A program made the translations under genes and the position numbers. A stretch of DNA of 64,000 bases from NCBI GenBank assembly GCA_963762075.1, contig CAVXJC010000006.1, forward strand, positions 503,943 through 567,942. The letters run 5' to 3'. The number at the start of each line of letters is the position of its first letter. Position 1 is the first letter of the stretch. Of the stretch, positions 1-9,054 are shown piece by piece. Origin of the DNA: an uncultured Actinomycetes bacterium (GTDB taxonomy: Bacteria; Actinomycetota; UBA4738; HRBIN12). The notes under the pieces are model-generated. The model worked only from the letters and a program-made list of their open reading frames with translations, did no database searches and was not told the origin of the DNA.

Positions 1-738
1 GCCTTCCGACTCATGCACGACATCGGGTTCACCCCAGTACGGGGCGGGCGGCCCCTGGCCGAGATGCGGAAGATCGCCTCCGCCGGCATCGAGTACGGGT
101 GGCGCGTACCCGCGGTCAAGTGGCTGATGGTCGAATCCTTGTTCACTGGTGGGGTCGCCTTCTACGCGTTCTACGCGCTGCAGCCCTACTTGCTCGAGCT
201 CTACGGTGACCCTCAGGCCTACCAGATCGCGGGCCTGGTCGCGGCGATCGTGGCTGGCGCGCAGATCCTCGGCGGCATCGCTGCGCCGATGGTCAGGCGC
301 CTCTTCCATCGCCGTACCTCCGCGCTGATCGCAACGAGCGCCCTCGGGGTGCTGGCCCTCGCCTTGATCGGACTCCTCGAGAGCTTCTGGGCTGTGATCG
401 GTCTCGTCGCCGTCTGGGGATTGCTGTTCGCGGCTTCCACCCCGATCCGCCAGGCCTACATCAACGGGCTGATCCCGTCGCGGCAGCGGGCAACGATCCT
501 TTCGTTCGATGCGCTGATGGATTCGACCGGCGGGGTCTGGGTTCAGCCCGTGCTCGGCCGTGTCGCCGACGTATGGGGTTACGCGCCCTCGTACCTGATC
601 GGCGCAGCCATCTCGCTCGTGGGGGTGCCGTTCCTGTTCGCCTCCAGGAGTAAGGGGGCCCCTGCCGACACCATCGAGACCTCCGAGAGCGAGACCGAGA
701 CCGCCAACGCACATGAACCCGCGGGCGAACCCGTCTGA
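1..738 (+). CDS. MFS transporter, 5'-truncated by window edge
   Basis: Open frame from base 1; several TM helices; C-terminal MFS motif 'YINGLIPSRQRATILS'. Confidence 0.85.
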   Translation, partial: AFRLMHDIGFTPVRGGRPLAEMRKIASAGIEYGWRVPAVKWLMVESLFTGGVAFYAFYALQPYLLELYGDPQAYQIAGLVAAIVAGAQILGGIAAPMVRRLFHRRTSALIATSALGVLALALIGLLESFWAVIGLVAVWGLLFAASTPIRQAYINGLIPSRQRATILSFDALMDSTGGVWVQPVLGRVADVWGYAPSYLIGAAISLVGVPFLFASRSKGAPADTIETSESETETANAHEPAGEPV

Positions 739-887
739 GGAATCGATCCGGCGGTCTGTAGCGGCGACCGACCGACGACGCGGGTGTCGATCGACGCGTG
801 TCGACCTCCAGCGCCCGCCATCCTCGTGTGAAGCGCTCCCAGCATGACGCGATCACCGATCTCACAGTCGGCCCGCAAGCGCGAGGA

Positions 888-3800
888 TCATGCGCCGGGT
901 TCGGATACCTCGAGATCGGCGAAGTTCGCCGACGTCTTGCCGAACTCCCACCATCCGCGCACCCGAGGCTTGACGACCGCGAGGCTGCGCCCGTACACCA
1001 TCGGGATCACGACGACGCGATCGGCGACCGCCATCCGATCGGCATCGTGGAACAACGCCAGCCTTCCTCGGTCGCTCCGCTCCTGCCGTGCCCGCTCGAT
1101 CAACTCGTCGAACGGCGGATGGTCGAACCCTCCTTCGTTGGTCCGGCTCTGCGAATGGAACAACAGCCGCAGGAAGTACTCGGGATCGGCGTAGCCGGGC
1201 AGCCATCCGGTGAAGTAGACCGGCGCGTGCTCGCGCGGTGGTCGCATCGTCGCGGTCTCTTCCAGCGACCACGTGTGCCTCTCGATCGCAACGCCAAGGG
1301 CCGAGCGCCACGACTCGATCACCGGTTCCAGGATGGGGAGATCGTCGTCGAGGAACGCGACGGGGATCGGCCCCTCGACGCTCGATCGCGCGAGGCACGC
1401 GCGTGCCAACTCGGGATCGAAGCGCAGGGCGATGTCGGGTGTGTGCCCCTGCAACGCAGGGGGCACGATTCCGCCCGTGGCCACGACCATGTTCGCGGGC
1501 ATCGCAGCGGCGAGGACATCGCGATCGATCGCATGGGCGAGCGCCCGCCGAAGGTCGAGATCCGATCCGGTCTCGCTCGTGTGATCGAAGGCCAGGTATC
1601 CCGACCATGCCGCCGGGCCGATCGACGCATCGGGCACGTCGCGCGACATCAGATCGGCCAGGCGCGGGGTGTAGCGAGCTGCGATGACGTCGATCTCGTC
1701 TCGTTCGTAGCCCCCGAGCGCCTCTCCGATCCTGGCTCGTGTGTAGCCGACCGACGCGACGTTGCCCACACGACCCCCGTTGTCACCCGTCCGGCGCTCG
1801 AGGACGAGCCCGTCCGAGGACCGCCGAGCGACCCGGAACGCCCCCGAGACGACCTGCTTCCCCGGCTCGGTCCATCCATCGCCGAGAGCCTCGATCGCGT
1901 GCCGGGGCTGCGGTCCACCGTCCGGACGGTTCATCACGCTCATGAAGTACGGCGCCGGCGCTACGAGCCGGAACTCCACCGTCTGGTCGTCGAGGGCCCG
2001 CACACCGATCCGCCGGGGGTCGGCCTCCTCGCCCAGGTAATACTCCTGACCCCGTTCCAACACGAAATAGATCGCCACCGATGATCCCGGTGTCGTCGGA
2101 TCGAGCACGCGCTTCACGCCGAACTCGACATCGTGCGCCGTGAGCGGTGAGCCATCGGACCACGTGAGACCCTGGCGAAGCTTGAAGACGTAGCGCAAGC
2201 CGTCGTCGGAGATCTCCCATCGCTCGGCCAACGACGGCACGATCGTTCGCTCGGGCCACTGCTCGACCAGGCGATCGAACAACTGCATGCAGAGTTGGAT
2301 GTTCGGCCAGGCGATGGCCGAGCGCGGATCTGGGTCGTCCGGCAGGAAGCTCGTGGCGATGTTGAGCGAGGCCGACGGCGTTCGGGCCGGCGGCTCGGCC
2401 GGCGTCCAGCGCTCGAACGCTTGTTGATACGCCTCGTTCGCCTCGGCGAACCGCAGCGAGACATGGAGCGCGAGCGCCAACTTGAATTGGACGAGCGCGA
2501 TCTCTCGGTCTTCGCCTCGGCGATCGAGGAGCGGCAGGAGCTCCCGGTAGTACGCGATCGCCTCGTCGAGAGCGTATTCCTGTCGGGCGCGATCTCCTGC
2601 GATCGTCAGGTAGCGAACCGCCTTGTCACCGTCCTGCGCACCGAGCCAATGGTGTGCCAACAGTCCGGCGACCTCGTCTTCTCGGTCGGCGTGGTGCTGC
2701 TCCAGCCACTCCGCGGCCCTGCCGTGCAGTCGACGTCGATCCCCGGCGACCAGAGTCCGATACGCCGTTTCCTGGATCAGCGCGTGCGTGAAGCGGTACT
2801 CGGGTTCTGGCCATCGACGCCCCTCGCGCACCAGATCGACCCGCATGAGCTCTCCGAGCGCGGCGCGCACGTCACCGCTGGCCACCATCTCCTGCAGCAG
2901 CGACAGGCTGAACGTGCGACCCAATACCGATGCTGCGACGACGGCATCGTGAACCGATGGTTCGAGTCGGTCGAGACGCGCGAGGATCACCTTCTCGACC
3001 GTGGGTGGTACTTGCAGGTCGACCTCGTGATCGAATCGCCAACCCTCCTCGTCGTGAACGAGCGCACCGGCGTCCACCATCGAGCGAACCATCTCTTCCA
3101 GGAAGAAGGGATTGCCTTCGGCCGACTCCAAGATGCGCGGCTCCACGACCGGCGGAAGGGTTGCTCGGCCGACGAGCGCCGCAAGGAGCTCGCGTCCCGC
3201 GACGCCGGACAGAGCATCGAGGCTCACCTCCCGGAACCGATGCGGAAGCGTGCGAGCCACGTCTTCCTTCAACCGCCACGACGGATGATCGCGTTCGGGA
3301 CGAGCCGTGCAGAGCAGCAGCAACGCTTCGTCCTCAGTGTCGCCAACCAGGCGTTCGATCAGCTGCAGTGACGTGGCGTCCGCCCAATGGAGATCCTCGA
3401 GCAAGACGGCCAACGGGCCCTCGGCCGCCAATCCCTGCAGCGTCTGGCGCACCACCTCGAACGTTCGGTACTGCAGCGCCTCCGGCGAGAGCTCACCGAG
3501 CCGAGACGACTCGTCGGCTGTTGGCGCGAGTCCGAGCAGTGCCGAGAGGTACGGGACCATCTCTCCGGATCGAGCCGCGAACAAGCGGTCGATCTGCCGG
3601 CGAAGCGCCACGCGGACCAGCAGGTCGGGTTCGTCGCCTCGTGCCCCCAACCACGATCGCAGCAGGTCACGGAACGGCCAATATTGGAACGACCCTCCGT
3701 AGCTCACGCACCGACCCTCGAGCCAGAGCGACCTGCCGAACGCAGGCGTCGTCGCACCGAAGGCACGACGCAGCTCGTGCACCATGCGGGTCTTGCCGAT

Positions 3801-4517
3801 ACCAGGCTCGCCGGTAACGAACACGATGCCGCCTGTTCCTTCCGCGACCGCCTCGACGGCGTCCTTGGCCTTGGCGAGCTCTCGGTCTCTGCCGACCATG
3901 CGGGGGGATGATCTGGGGTCGGCCGAACCGTGCGGCCGAGCGCCGTCGCCCGTCACCGTGAACGCGGCCACCGGGTCGGCCTTGCCCTTGAGCTCGAACG
4001 TCTGCCCGTCGTCCCACGTGAACCGGTCCGCCACGATCCGTCTGGTCGCTTCGCCCACCAGCACGGAGCCCGGCTGAGCCTTGGACTGGAGCCTCGCGGC
4101 GACGTTCACGGCGTCCCCCATCGCGCTGAATTCGACCCGCTCACCGGCACCGATCGCTCCGGTCACCACCAGCCCGGTATTCACCCCGACGCGCACGTTC
4201 AGCGCGTCGACCGCCCAGGCCTCGGCCACCTCACGTGCGAAGCTCTCGATGTCGTCGACGATGCGCAGACCGGTGCGAACCGCACGCTCAGCGTCGTCTT
4301 CGTGAGCGATCGGCGCGCCGAAGAGCGCCAGCACCCCGTCGCCGGCCAGATCCTTCACGGTGCCGCCGAACGCATCGACGGCAGAGACCATGCGTGCGAC
4401 GGCATCGCCGACGACGAGCTTCAATTCCTCGGGATCGAGACGCTCACCCAGCGCGGTCGACCCCACCAGGTCGGCGAAGAGCGCCGTCACCACCCGTCGT
4501 TCGTCGCGCACCTCCAC
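888..4517 (-). CDS. Class III nucleotide cyclase + AAA/STAND ATPase + helical repeat region + C-terminal family-5 solute-binding domain
   Basis: FADLVGST, GDGVLALFG, GDAVNVAARLQ (cyclase); GEPGIGKT and LLEDLHWAD (Walker A/B); 'PSLAERWEISDDGLRYVFKLRQGLTWSDGSPLTAHDV' (SBP_bac_5 signature); GTG start chosen at 4517. Confidence 0.85.
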   Translation of the reverse strand: MEVRDERRVVTALFADLVGSTALGERLDPEELKLVVGDAVARMVSAVDAFGGTVKDLAGDGVLALFGAPIAHEDDAERAVRTGLRIVDDIESFAREVAEAWAVDALNVRVGVNTGLVVTGAIGAGERVEFSAMGDAVNVAARLQSKAQPGSVLVGEATRRIVADRFTWDDGQTFELKGKADPVAAFTVTGDGARPHGSADPRSSPRMVGRDRELAKAKDAVEAVAEGTGGIVFVTGEPGIGKTRMVHELRRAFGATTPAFGRSLWLEGRCVSYGGSFQYWPFRDLLRSWLGARGDEPDLLVRVALRRQIDRLFAARSGEMVPYLSALLGLAPTADESSRLGELSPEALQYRTFEVVRQTLQGLAAEGPLAVLLEDLHWADATSLQLIERLVGDTEDEALLLLCTARPERDHPSWRLKEDVARTLPHRFREVSLDALSGVAGRELLAALVGRATLPPVVEPRILESAEGNPFFLEEMVRSMVDAGALVHDEEGWRFDHEVDLQVPPTVEKVILARLDRLEPSVHDAVVAASVLGRTFSLSLLQEMVASGDVRAALGELMRVDLVREGRRWPEPEYRFTHALIQETAYRTLVAGDRRRLHGRAAEWLEQHHADREDEVAGLLAHHWLGAQDGDKAVRYLTIAGDRARQEYALDEAIAYYRELLPLLDRRGEDREIALVQFKLALALHVSLRFAEANEAYQQAFERWTPAEPPARTPSASLNIATSFLPDDPDPRSAIAWPNIQLCMQLFDRLVEQWPERTIVPSLAERWEISDDGLRYVFKLRQGLTWSDGSPLTAHDVEFGVKRVLDPTTPGSSVAIYFVLERGQEYYLGEEADPRRIGVRALDDQTVEFRLVAPAPYFMSVMNRPDGGPQPRHAIEALGDGWTEPGKQVVSGAFRVARRSSDGLVLERRTGDNGGRVGNVASVGYTRARIGEALGGYERDEIDVIAARYTPRLADLMSRDVPDASIGPAAWSGYLAFDHTSETGSDLDLRRALAHAIDRDVLAAAMPANMVVATGGIVPPALQGHTPDIALRFDPELARACLARSSVEGPIPVAFLDDDLPILEPVIESWRSALGVAIERHTWSLEETATMRPPREHAPVYFTGWLPGYADPEYFLRLLFHSQSRTNEGGFDHPPFDELIERARQERSDRGRLALFHDADRMAVADRVVVIPMVYGRSLAVVKPRVRGWWEFGKTSANFADLEVSEPGA

Positions 4518-4662
4518 CGGGTCATCCTGCCCGTCGCAGCCACGAGCGGCAATGCGGACGCGAGGAGTGGCTCTCGATCCGCGCGATCCCGGCATCACGC
4601 GCGTGAAGCAGGCACAGCGCACTTGCAGCGAAACGGCCTCTTTCGATCGCCGCTCGCACCGC

Positions 4663-5271
4663 TCACTCGGCAGGACGCAGCGCCGCCCGAACGAACAGCA
4701 GCACCTCACGCTCGCGGCGACGGAGCGACGCCCGGCCGCTGTCCGCTCCGACCACGGCGCTCAACACGCTCGCTTCGGTGAGCGAGCCGACGACTGCCGT
4801 GTAGAGCGTGAACAGCAGCATGGCGGGGTCCTGCTTGCGGATCTCGCCGCTATCCATGCCGGCCTGCAAGAACTCGATCGCGCGGCGGCGGAGCGGATCG
4901 AGCACGCCGGCGAACCGGTCGAATGCGGCGGGCCCGAGTCGGGCGGCTTCGCGTACGAACATCGGGAACTCGGGCCATTCCGCCGCGAGCCCGAAGACCC
5001 CGTGGATCACGGCCTCGGCGCGATCCCAATAAGTCTCGGCGCCCTCGAGTGCGGCGGCGAGCTCCGAGCCGAGCCGTTCCCCTGCCGCCTGCAGGCACGC
5101 CTCGAGCAAGGCTTCCTTGTTCGGGAAGTAGTAGAGCAGCGTCTGCTTGCGCACTCCGACCGCGGTGGCGATGCTCTCGATGCTCGCGCCCTTGTATCCG
5201 TCGCGACCGAACTGGTGGATCGCCTCGGCGACGATCGTGGTGCGCCGTTGCTCGCCGCCCGTGCGAGGCAT
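4663..5271 (-). CDS. TetR/AcrR family transcriptional regulator
   Basis: N-terminal HTH 'GYKGASIESIATAVGVRKQTLLYYFPNKEAL'. Confidence 0.9.
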   Translation of the reverse strand: MPRTGGEQRRTTIVAEAIHQFGRDGYKGASIESIATAVGVRKQTLLYYFPNKEALLEACLQAAGERLGSELAAALEGAETYWDRAEAVIHGVFGLAAEWPEFPMFVREAARLGPAAFDRFAGVLDPLRRRAIEFLQAGMDSGEIRKQDPAMLLFTLYTAVVGSLTEASVLSAVVGADSGRASLRRREREVLLFVRAALRPAE

Positions 5272-5274
5272 GCG

Positions 5275-6183
5275 CTAATCCCAGGTCTTCCTCGTACCAC
5301 GGCGCTCGATCGGACGCGAGCCTTCCCAGCGTTTGCGCCACTCGGGGCCGCTCGGCCCGTACGGGGGCGGGGTCTCACCACGCTCTGCGCGCTGCAACGA
5401 TTCCCACCATGTCGTGCGGTCCTCGTCGAGGAGCTCCGCCACCGCCTGGGTCATGCGAGCGGTGAACGCCTGATGAGTCTCGCCCTCGGCGGGGAACAGC
5501 GGCGCGCCGATCCGCACCCGCACCGGGGGACGGCCTGCCCGCGGCCACCAACTGCCCTTGGGCATCGCCTGGTACGCCCCGCGGATGCCCACCGGCACCG
5601 CGCCGACACCCGCCTCGATGCAGAGCCGCGCGGTGCCATGACGGAACCGCTTCGTGTGGCCGTCGGGCGATCGGGTGCCCTCCGGGAACACCACGAGGCT
5701 CCAACCATCGTCGAGGAGCTCGCGAGCCTTCGTGACCGCGTGCCGCCCACCGCGCGACCGGTCGATCGGGAACGCTCCGTAGGCGAGCGCAGTGAACGAT
5801 GCTCGCCACCACACGTCGAAGAAATAGTCCCGTGCGGCGCCCACAGCCGTCTTCTCCTGCCATCGTTCGGGCAGGGCCGTCAGGATGATCGTCGCGTCGA
5901 GGTGGCTCGAGTGGTTCGAGTAGAAGATCACACCGCCCTCGATCGCCGTGAGGTGCTCGAGGCCGTAGACGCGCAACGCGACCTGGCTGCGCAGCAGCGG
6001 GCCGAGGCCGGCGTTCAAGATGACGAGCCGCGCTGCTGTGCCCGCACCCGAACGGGCCCAGTCGGTCGGGAACACCGCGTCCTCGCGAGGCGGCGTGTGC
6101 GGCTCGGCGCTACGGGGCACCATGGGGCGGCGACCCCATCGGAACCCCTCCGACATCGTCTTCAGCTCGTCGCGCACGCCCAT
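5275..6183 (-). CDS. Lysophospholipid acyltransferase (PlsC family)
   Basis: NHSSHLD (HX4D) and FPEGTRS motifs. Confidence 0.9.
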   Translation of the reverse strand: MGVRDELKTMSEGFRWGRRPMVPRSAEPHTPPREDAVFPTDWARSGAGTAARLVILNAGLGPLLRSQVALRVYGLEHLTAIEGGVIFYSNHSSHLDATIILTALPERWQEKTAVGAARDYFFDVWWRASFTALAYGAFPIDRSRGGRHAVTKARELLDDGWSLVVFPEGTRSPDGHTKRFRHGTARLCIEAGVGAVPVGIRGAYQAMPKGSWWPRAGRPPVRVRIGAPLFPAEGETHQAFTARMTQAVAELLDEDRTTWWESLQRAERGETPPPYGPSGPEWRKRWEGSRPIERRGTRKTWD

Positions 6184-6196
6184 CGCTCAGGTCTCC

Positions 6197-7786
6197 TCAG
6201 TGCACGTCGGCGATCATCACGGGCGGCGCGTGGAAGTAGGTGATCTCGGGCGAAGAGCCGACCGTGTCCTTGGCCATCTCGAGCGCGTCTCGCATCGAGT
6301 CGGCGCGCCGGTAGCCGAGTCGCGCCACGCTCGACGGGTTCCCACCGACGAAGATCACATCGCCCGCGTGATCGCGTCCGTGTGCGCCCCAGTACCACAT
6401 GTAGAACGGATGCACGCCGTGGTACGCGTGGCTCGTGCGGTACAGGTGCACGTACCAGGGGTCGGTGGCGTAGCGTTCCTCGAACTCCTTCTCGATCGTC
6501 TTCGGATCGGTGCTCTCGGCCAGCACTTCCTCGAAGAAGTCGATGTAGCTCGGGTGATGGATCGAGTGGAACTCCCACGGCACCGGGTGATGCAGGATGA
6601 TCACGCCACTCTGCTTCACGAGCGGCTTGTTGCGATACATGTTGAACAGGTACCCGAGCCCGAGGCAGTGCACGAGGATCGGGTTCAGGATGGAGTTCAC
6701 GTTGTACGGCCCGAGGTAGGGCACGCCCATGATCAGCACATCGGCCTGCCCCTGCACCTCCACGAGCTGCTGGCGATGCAGGTTCGTCAGGGTGCGTTGG
6801 TGCACCGCCTCGACCTCACCCGCATTCACGCCGGTCAGCTTGTAGGGAGCCTCGATACGCCGGAAGAACTCACGTCGTACTCGGGGCGGTGCCATGTCGT
6901 TGGCCTTCTTCGCCGCGATCATCAGTGCCTGATCGCTCGCCCCCCACTCCCATTCCCGCTTGTTCAGGAAGCCGAGATTCGACGGGAACGTCTCCGAGTT
7001 GACGGTCGTCTCGATCTGGAAGATCTTGACGCCCGCATCACGCAGTACCCTGCCCATGCGATTCACCGAATCGTTGATCGCGCTGTGGCCTTCTCGCGGA
7101 TCCATATACGACTTCGAGTGCATCATCGTGTTCACGTTGTGGTGGTGCTTGAGGCTCCGGTATCCCGCGAGCCCGACCGCGACCGACTTGTGACCGCCGT
7201 CCATCGCGACCAGGTTGATGTTCACGTAGACGATCAGATCACTCTCGGCGGCGCGCTTGGAGATCTCGACCAGCTCGTCGTCGTCGGTCCTACCGATCTC
7301 GACCAGGCCCTGCGGATCTTCGGCGTCGAAGTTCTTCAGGTGTTCCGGGTAGAACGAGCGGTACACGCGCTCGCCGACCGCTCGCCGGATCTCCTCGGAG
7401 GTCATGCGCCGGTGGAGCGCGGTCGCGACGATCAGCTCGAGGTCGTCGACACCGGCGCGGGCGGCGAGTTCGATCACGTGCTCGAGGATCGGTTGGCGCA
7501 CGTCGGGCGTGCGCATCGGCGGCAGCGGGATCGAGATGTCGTCGATCGCGATCGTGAGCTTCATGCCACCGAACATCAGCTCAGGAAGCGGCTTGGAGTC
7601 GCCGACGGGGTTCAACAGCGCGTGACGGACCGCGGCCGGTACGTCGCGGATACCGGGGAGCGGGTCGGGCGGATACACGACGCGGGTGCCGAGGGGGAAC
7701 TTCTGCATGCGGTAGCCCTCGCCCTGATGCACGAGCAGCGGAGGCGTTCGCTCGTCAACCTGCAACACGAATCCCGGTCTGGGCAT
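6197..7786 (-). CDS. Lactate racemase (LarA/DUF2088) domain protein
   Basis: LarA-like motifs 'ALLNP', 'IAIDD', 'ATALHR', 'DGGHKS'. Confidence 0.75.
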   Translation of the reverse strand: MPRPGFVLQVDERTPPLLVHQGEGYRMQKFPLGTRVVYPPDPLPGIRDVPAAVRHALLNPVGDSKPLPELMFGGMKLTIAIDDISIPLPPMRTPDVRQPILEHVIELAARAGVDDLELIVATALHRRMTSEEIRRAVGERVYRSFYPEHLKNFDAEDPQGLVEIGRTDDDELVEISKRAAESDLIVYVNINLVAMDGGHKSVAVGLAGYRSLKHHHNVNTMMHSKSYMDPREGHSAINDSVNRMGRVLRDAGVKIFQIETTVNSETFPSNLGFLNKREWEWGASDQALMIAAKKANDMAPPRVRREFFRRIEAPYKLTGVNAGEVEAVHQRTLTNLHRQQLVEVQGQADVLIMGVPYLGPYNVNSILNPILVHCLGLGYLFNMYRNKPLVKQSGVIILHHPVPWEFHSIHHPSYIDFFEEVLAESTDPKTIEKEFEERYATDPWYVHLYRTSHAYHGVHPFYMWYWGAHGRDHAGDVIFVGGNPSSVARLGYRRADSMRDALEMAKDTVGSSPEITYFHAPPVMIADVH

Positions 7787-7799
7787 CTGTCGTCGTCTC

Positions 7800-9038
7800 C
7801 TAGGTCACGGGTTGGTGAGTCGTCGAGTGTTCCTGCGGGGCGAAGGCGACCTTGAACGTGCCGAGGCGCCCGGCAGACATGGCGTGGTCGATCGCGTCAC
7901 GCCAACGGGCGAGCGGATACGTCGCGCCGACCATCGGGGCCAGCATCGGCCCGATCTGGTGCGCCAGCTCGAGCGCGAGCGCGAACGAGTGGCGCCTGCC
8001 GTCATCGGTCTGCTCCATGGCGGTGGTGTAGGCGCCGACGAGCTCGAGCTCACGGAACCACAGCGGCGTGAGGTCGGCGCCGCCCGACGGGATGCCGCTC
8101 ACCACCACTCGGCCTCCCGCCTTCGTGGTTCGAAGAGCCATGTCGAGCGCGCGCTTCGTTCCTGTGCACTCGAACACCACGTCGGCACCGCCGAGCAAGA
8201 AGTCCTGACCGCGCTCGGGGGAAAGCTTGACGGCATGCCCCGCGCGGCGAACGGCCTTCAACGCGTGTTCAGGGCGCACGACCTCGTCGGCACCGGCCAT
8301 CTTCGCCGCCGCGCGCTGCGCCGAGTGCTTGGCCGCCACGATCACGCGGCCCGGCTGCGCGAATCGTCGGAGCGCAACCTGGGTCAGCAACCCGACCGTG
8401 CCCGAGCCGATCACGAGCACGTCGGCGCCTTCGGGCACACGTGCACGGAAGACCGAGTGGATGGCCGTCGCGAGGGGCTCGATCAGCACCGCGGCGTGAT
8501 CGTCGATGCCGTCGGGCACCGCCCAGAGCTGCGAACGATGCGCGAGCAACATGCGGCTCCATCCGCCTCCCGTGCTCGAGCAGAACCCTGTCTGCAAACC
8601 CGCCTTCAGCGAGCCGACCGACACCCGGTCGCAGCGTCCGTACTCACCCACGGCGCAGTGCTCGCAGAGCTCGGCCTGTTCCCGCGCCGCACAGCCCAGC
8701 ACCGATGAGAGCGTCACTCGCTGGCCTGCTTTGTGATCGCCGCAGTCGTCGAGCAACTCCCCGACGACCTCGTGGCCCGGCACGAACGGCATCGACACGA
8801 GCGGGGAGAAGTAGAAGGAGGACTCTCCCGCGATCGTCGAGAGGTCGCTGCCGCAGATGCCCGCGAGCGTGGGCTTCAGCCGGGCCCAGCCGACGCGCGA
8901 TGGCTCGGGGTCGGCCTGAGTAACCAGTCGCAGTGGCGTCAACGGCCCGCCCGCCACGAGGCCGGGCACCTTCCTGCCCGCGACCCGGGCGCCCACGTAC
9001 CGCGGCATCGAGCGGAAGTACTCGAGCGCGAGCGCCAT
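7800..9038 (-). CDS. Zinc-dependent medium-chain alcohol dehydrogenase
   Basis: GICGSD, PGHEVVG, structural-Zn Cys cluster, GSGTVG Rossmann motif. Confidence 0.9.
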   Translation of the reverse strand: MALALEYFRSMPRYVGARVAGRKVPGLVAGGPLTPLRLVTQADPEPSRVGWARLKPTLAGICGSDLSTIAGESSFYFSPLVSMPFVPGHEVVGELLDDCGDHKAGQRVTLSSVLGCAAREQAELCEHCAVGEYGRCDRVSVGSLKAGLQTGFCSSTGGGWSRMLLAHRSQLWAVPDGIDDHAAVLIEPLATAIHSVFRARVPEGADVLVIGSGTVGLLTQVALRRFAQPGRVIVAAKHSAQRAAAKMAGADEVVRPEHALKAVRRAGHAVKLSPERGQDFLLGGADVVFECTGTKRALDMALRTTKAGGRVVVSGIPSGGADLTPLWFRELELVGAYTTAMEQTDDGRRHSFALALELAHQIGPMLAPMVGATYPLARWRDAIDHAMSAGRLGTFKVAFAPQEHSTTHQPVT

Positions 9039-9054
9039 CAGCCCGCCAGTCCGT

